IMG/VR virus record: IMGVR_UViG_3300013120_000254 | Location: 1 to 55,119 of that record | From: a virus | Taxonomy: Duplodnaviria > Caudoviricetes | Length of the DNA stretch: 55,119 nucleotides | Strand: one strand, 5' to 3' | Shown here: piece by piece, positions 53,990-55,119 of the stretch | Numbering within the stretch: the stretch's first letter is position 1 | Layout: each line of letters starts with the position of its first letter | Position numbers and translations under genes: made by a program | Notes under the pieces: model-generated | The model's input: the letters and a program-made list of their open reading frames with translations, nothing else | Databases searched by the model: none | What the model was told of the DNA's origin: nothing

Positions 53990-54280
53990 ATGAAACCCGA
54001 AACCCTACTCCCCGACGTCTCCCTGATGCTGGACCGCTGTGGGCCGCTCCCGATTCGGGATGCCGCCGAGGTCCTGCGCATGGGAGTCTCCCCTGAGCCC
54101 TCACACGAGACCGCAGTGGGAGCGCTACGCTACGCGGTCCGGATCGGCGCGGCAGTCGCCGTACGGCTCCAAAACGGCAGATGGGCCGTTGGCCCTCCCG
54201 CGGCTTCCTGGGATCGACTCAGGGCCGCTCGGGCAATCGTGGCCGAGGGGGCCACGGTCAGCACGAGGGGAGGTGTCTGA
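53990..54280 (+). CDS. hypothetical protein
   Basis: 96 aa with the same C/A-rich leader as upstream genes. Confidence 0.55.
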   Translation: MKPETLLPDVSLMLDRCGPLPIRDAAEVLRMGVSPEPSHETAVGALRYAVRIGAAVAVRLQNGRWAVGPPAASWDRLRAARAIVAEGATVSTRGGV

Positions 54281-54621
54281 TGGATGGCCTTAGCGTCCGA
54301 TTCCCCCTCGCTGGGGGCCCGTTGTCCGAAACGATCCTCACTGTCCAGCTGTCCTACAGCCCCCAGGACGGCGTTCCCGTCATCTGCCTCAGTGGCCCCG
54401 ATCTACAGCGCTGCAGGGTGCTGGCCCTCCCCGTAGGAGACCAGCCTGGAGGAGAGCAGAACGCTACGGTCCGGCTTGGGGCTATCGACTGCGGTTGCGG
54501 GTGGGGGGAGCTCTGTACGGCCCCCTCCACCGGCCGGAGTACCCTCAGGTTCGAGCCTTGCGGGGCCCTGCTGGATCGGGGAGCGCTCCTCTTCGGAGAC
54601 GACCCAGTGCTCAGCCCCTAG
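54280..54621 (+). CDS. hypothetical protein
   Basis: TGATG coupling, GGAGGT RBS. Confidence 0.5.
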   Translation: MDGLSVRFPLAGGPLSETILTVQLSYSPQDGVPVICLSGPDLQRCRVLALPVGDQPGGEQNATVRLGAIDCGCGWGELCTAPSTGRSTLRFEPCGALLDRGALLFGDDPVLSP

Positions 54622-54653
54622 GCTCCCCGTTGATCCTGGGCCGACTCAGGGCC

Positions 54654-54908
54654 CTAGAACCGCTCCCCCGCGTATCTCACTGCGCGGGGGAGCTTCTCAA
54701 TGGGAAGCAGCCCCAAGGCCCGGATCGCGTGCCAGGCCCGATAGCTCGCGGCTTCCTTGAGCTGCAGCTTGCCCAGCTTCCACCGGCTGACCGTTTCAGG
54801 GCTCAAGCCGGCCTCCCCAGCGTAGGCCTTCCAGGGGATCCCCAGGAGCTCTAAGCGCTCTCCAACGGCTTCGGGACTCGGGGGGCGGGGAGCATGGTAA
54901 GGCGTCAT
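54654..54908 (-). CDS. XRE/Cro-like HTH protein
   Basis: LGIPWKAYAGEAGLSPETVSRWKLGK. Confidence 0.6.
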   Translation of the reverse strand: MTPYHAPRPPSPEAVGERLELLGIPWKAYAGEAGLSPETVSRWKLGKLQLKEAASYRAWHAIRALGLLPIEKLPRAVRYAGERF

Positions 54909-55119
54909 TGGAGAGCTCCTGGGACCGGCTGGCGGGGAACCGGCCATCCTGCTCCCCCTGGGCCCTGGAATCCACCACGGAGAAGCTACTGCCCCAGGGA
55001 GTACTAGCCTCCAGAGAAAGGACTACCTGGGGGAGTACTAGCGCGGGATCCCCCCTGCTCCGCGGCAGATCCACTGTCCCCGGATAATGTGCGACGTTAC
55101 CGCTAACGGTACCGTAACG

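Noticed and set aside
1-55119. Terminal repeats / circular completeness
   Set aside because: Only a 3-nt end overlap (ACG), not significant
1-55119. Stop-codon reassignment or CTAG enrichment
   Set aside because: Genes are intact under the standard code with TAG, TGA and TAA all used as stops; CTAG looks merely not depleted and I cannot count it reliably

Overview
A visibly GC-rich, gene-dense tailed-phage sequence (siphovirus-like, HK97-fold head, lambda-like tail tip); no flanking host genes are recognisable, and completeness or circularity cannot be shown. Layout: small hypothetical genes (0-1.6 kb); a translationally coupled operon of an HTH gene plus eight glycan-modifying-type enzymes (three glycosyltransferase-like proteins, radical SAM, methyltransferase, sulfotransferase, two paralogous GPS/GxD transferases; 1.65-7.5 kb); portal-MuF fusion, prohead protease, capsid, neck, tail tube, G/GT chaperone with a GGGAAAG -1 frameshift, tape measure and large lectin-decorated tail-tip proteins (7.6-35.3 kb); a membrane/lipoprotein lysis-like cassette with no recognisable endolysin; DNA methyltransferase (apparently internally deleted), DnaB, XRE regulator and a divergent exonuclease-SSB-RecT/Bet module (36.4-41.2 kb); a second virion module with a highly repetitive 945-aa protein; terminase genes far from the portal; a catalytic-domain-only tyrosine recombinase; a repeat-rich non-coding region (50.06-50.8 kb); and a MoxR-type AAA ATPase / DUF3150-like / metallopeptidase-VWA triad bracketed by a 15-bp direct repeat. 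The best candidate for a novel system is the sulfation/methylation/glycosylation operon next to the head genes. All family assignments are by eye from motifs and synteny, not database searches.
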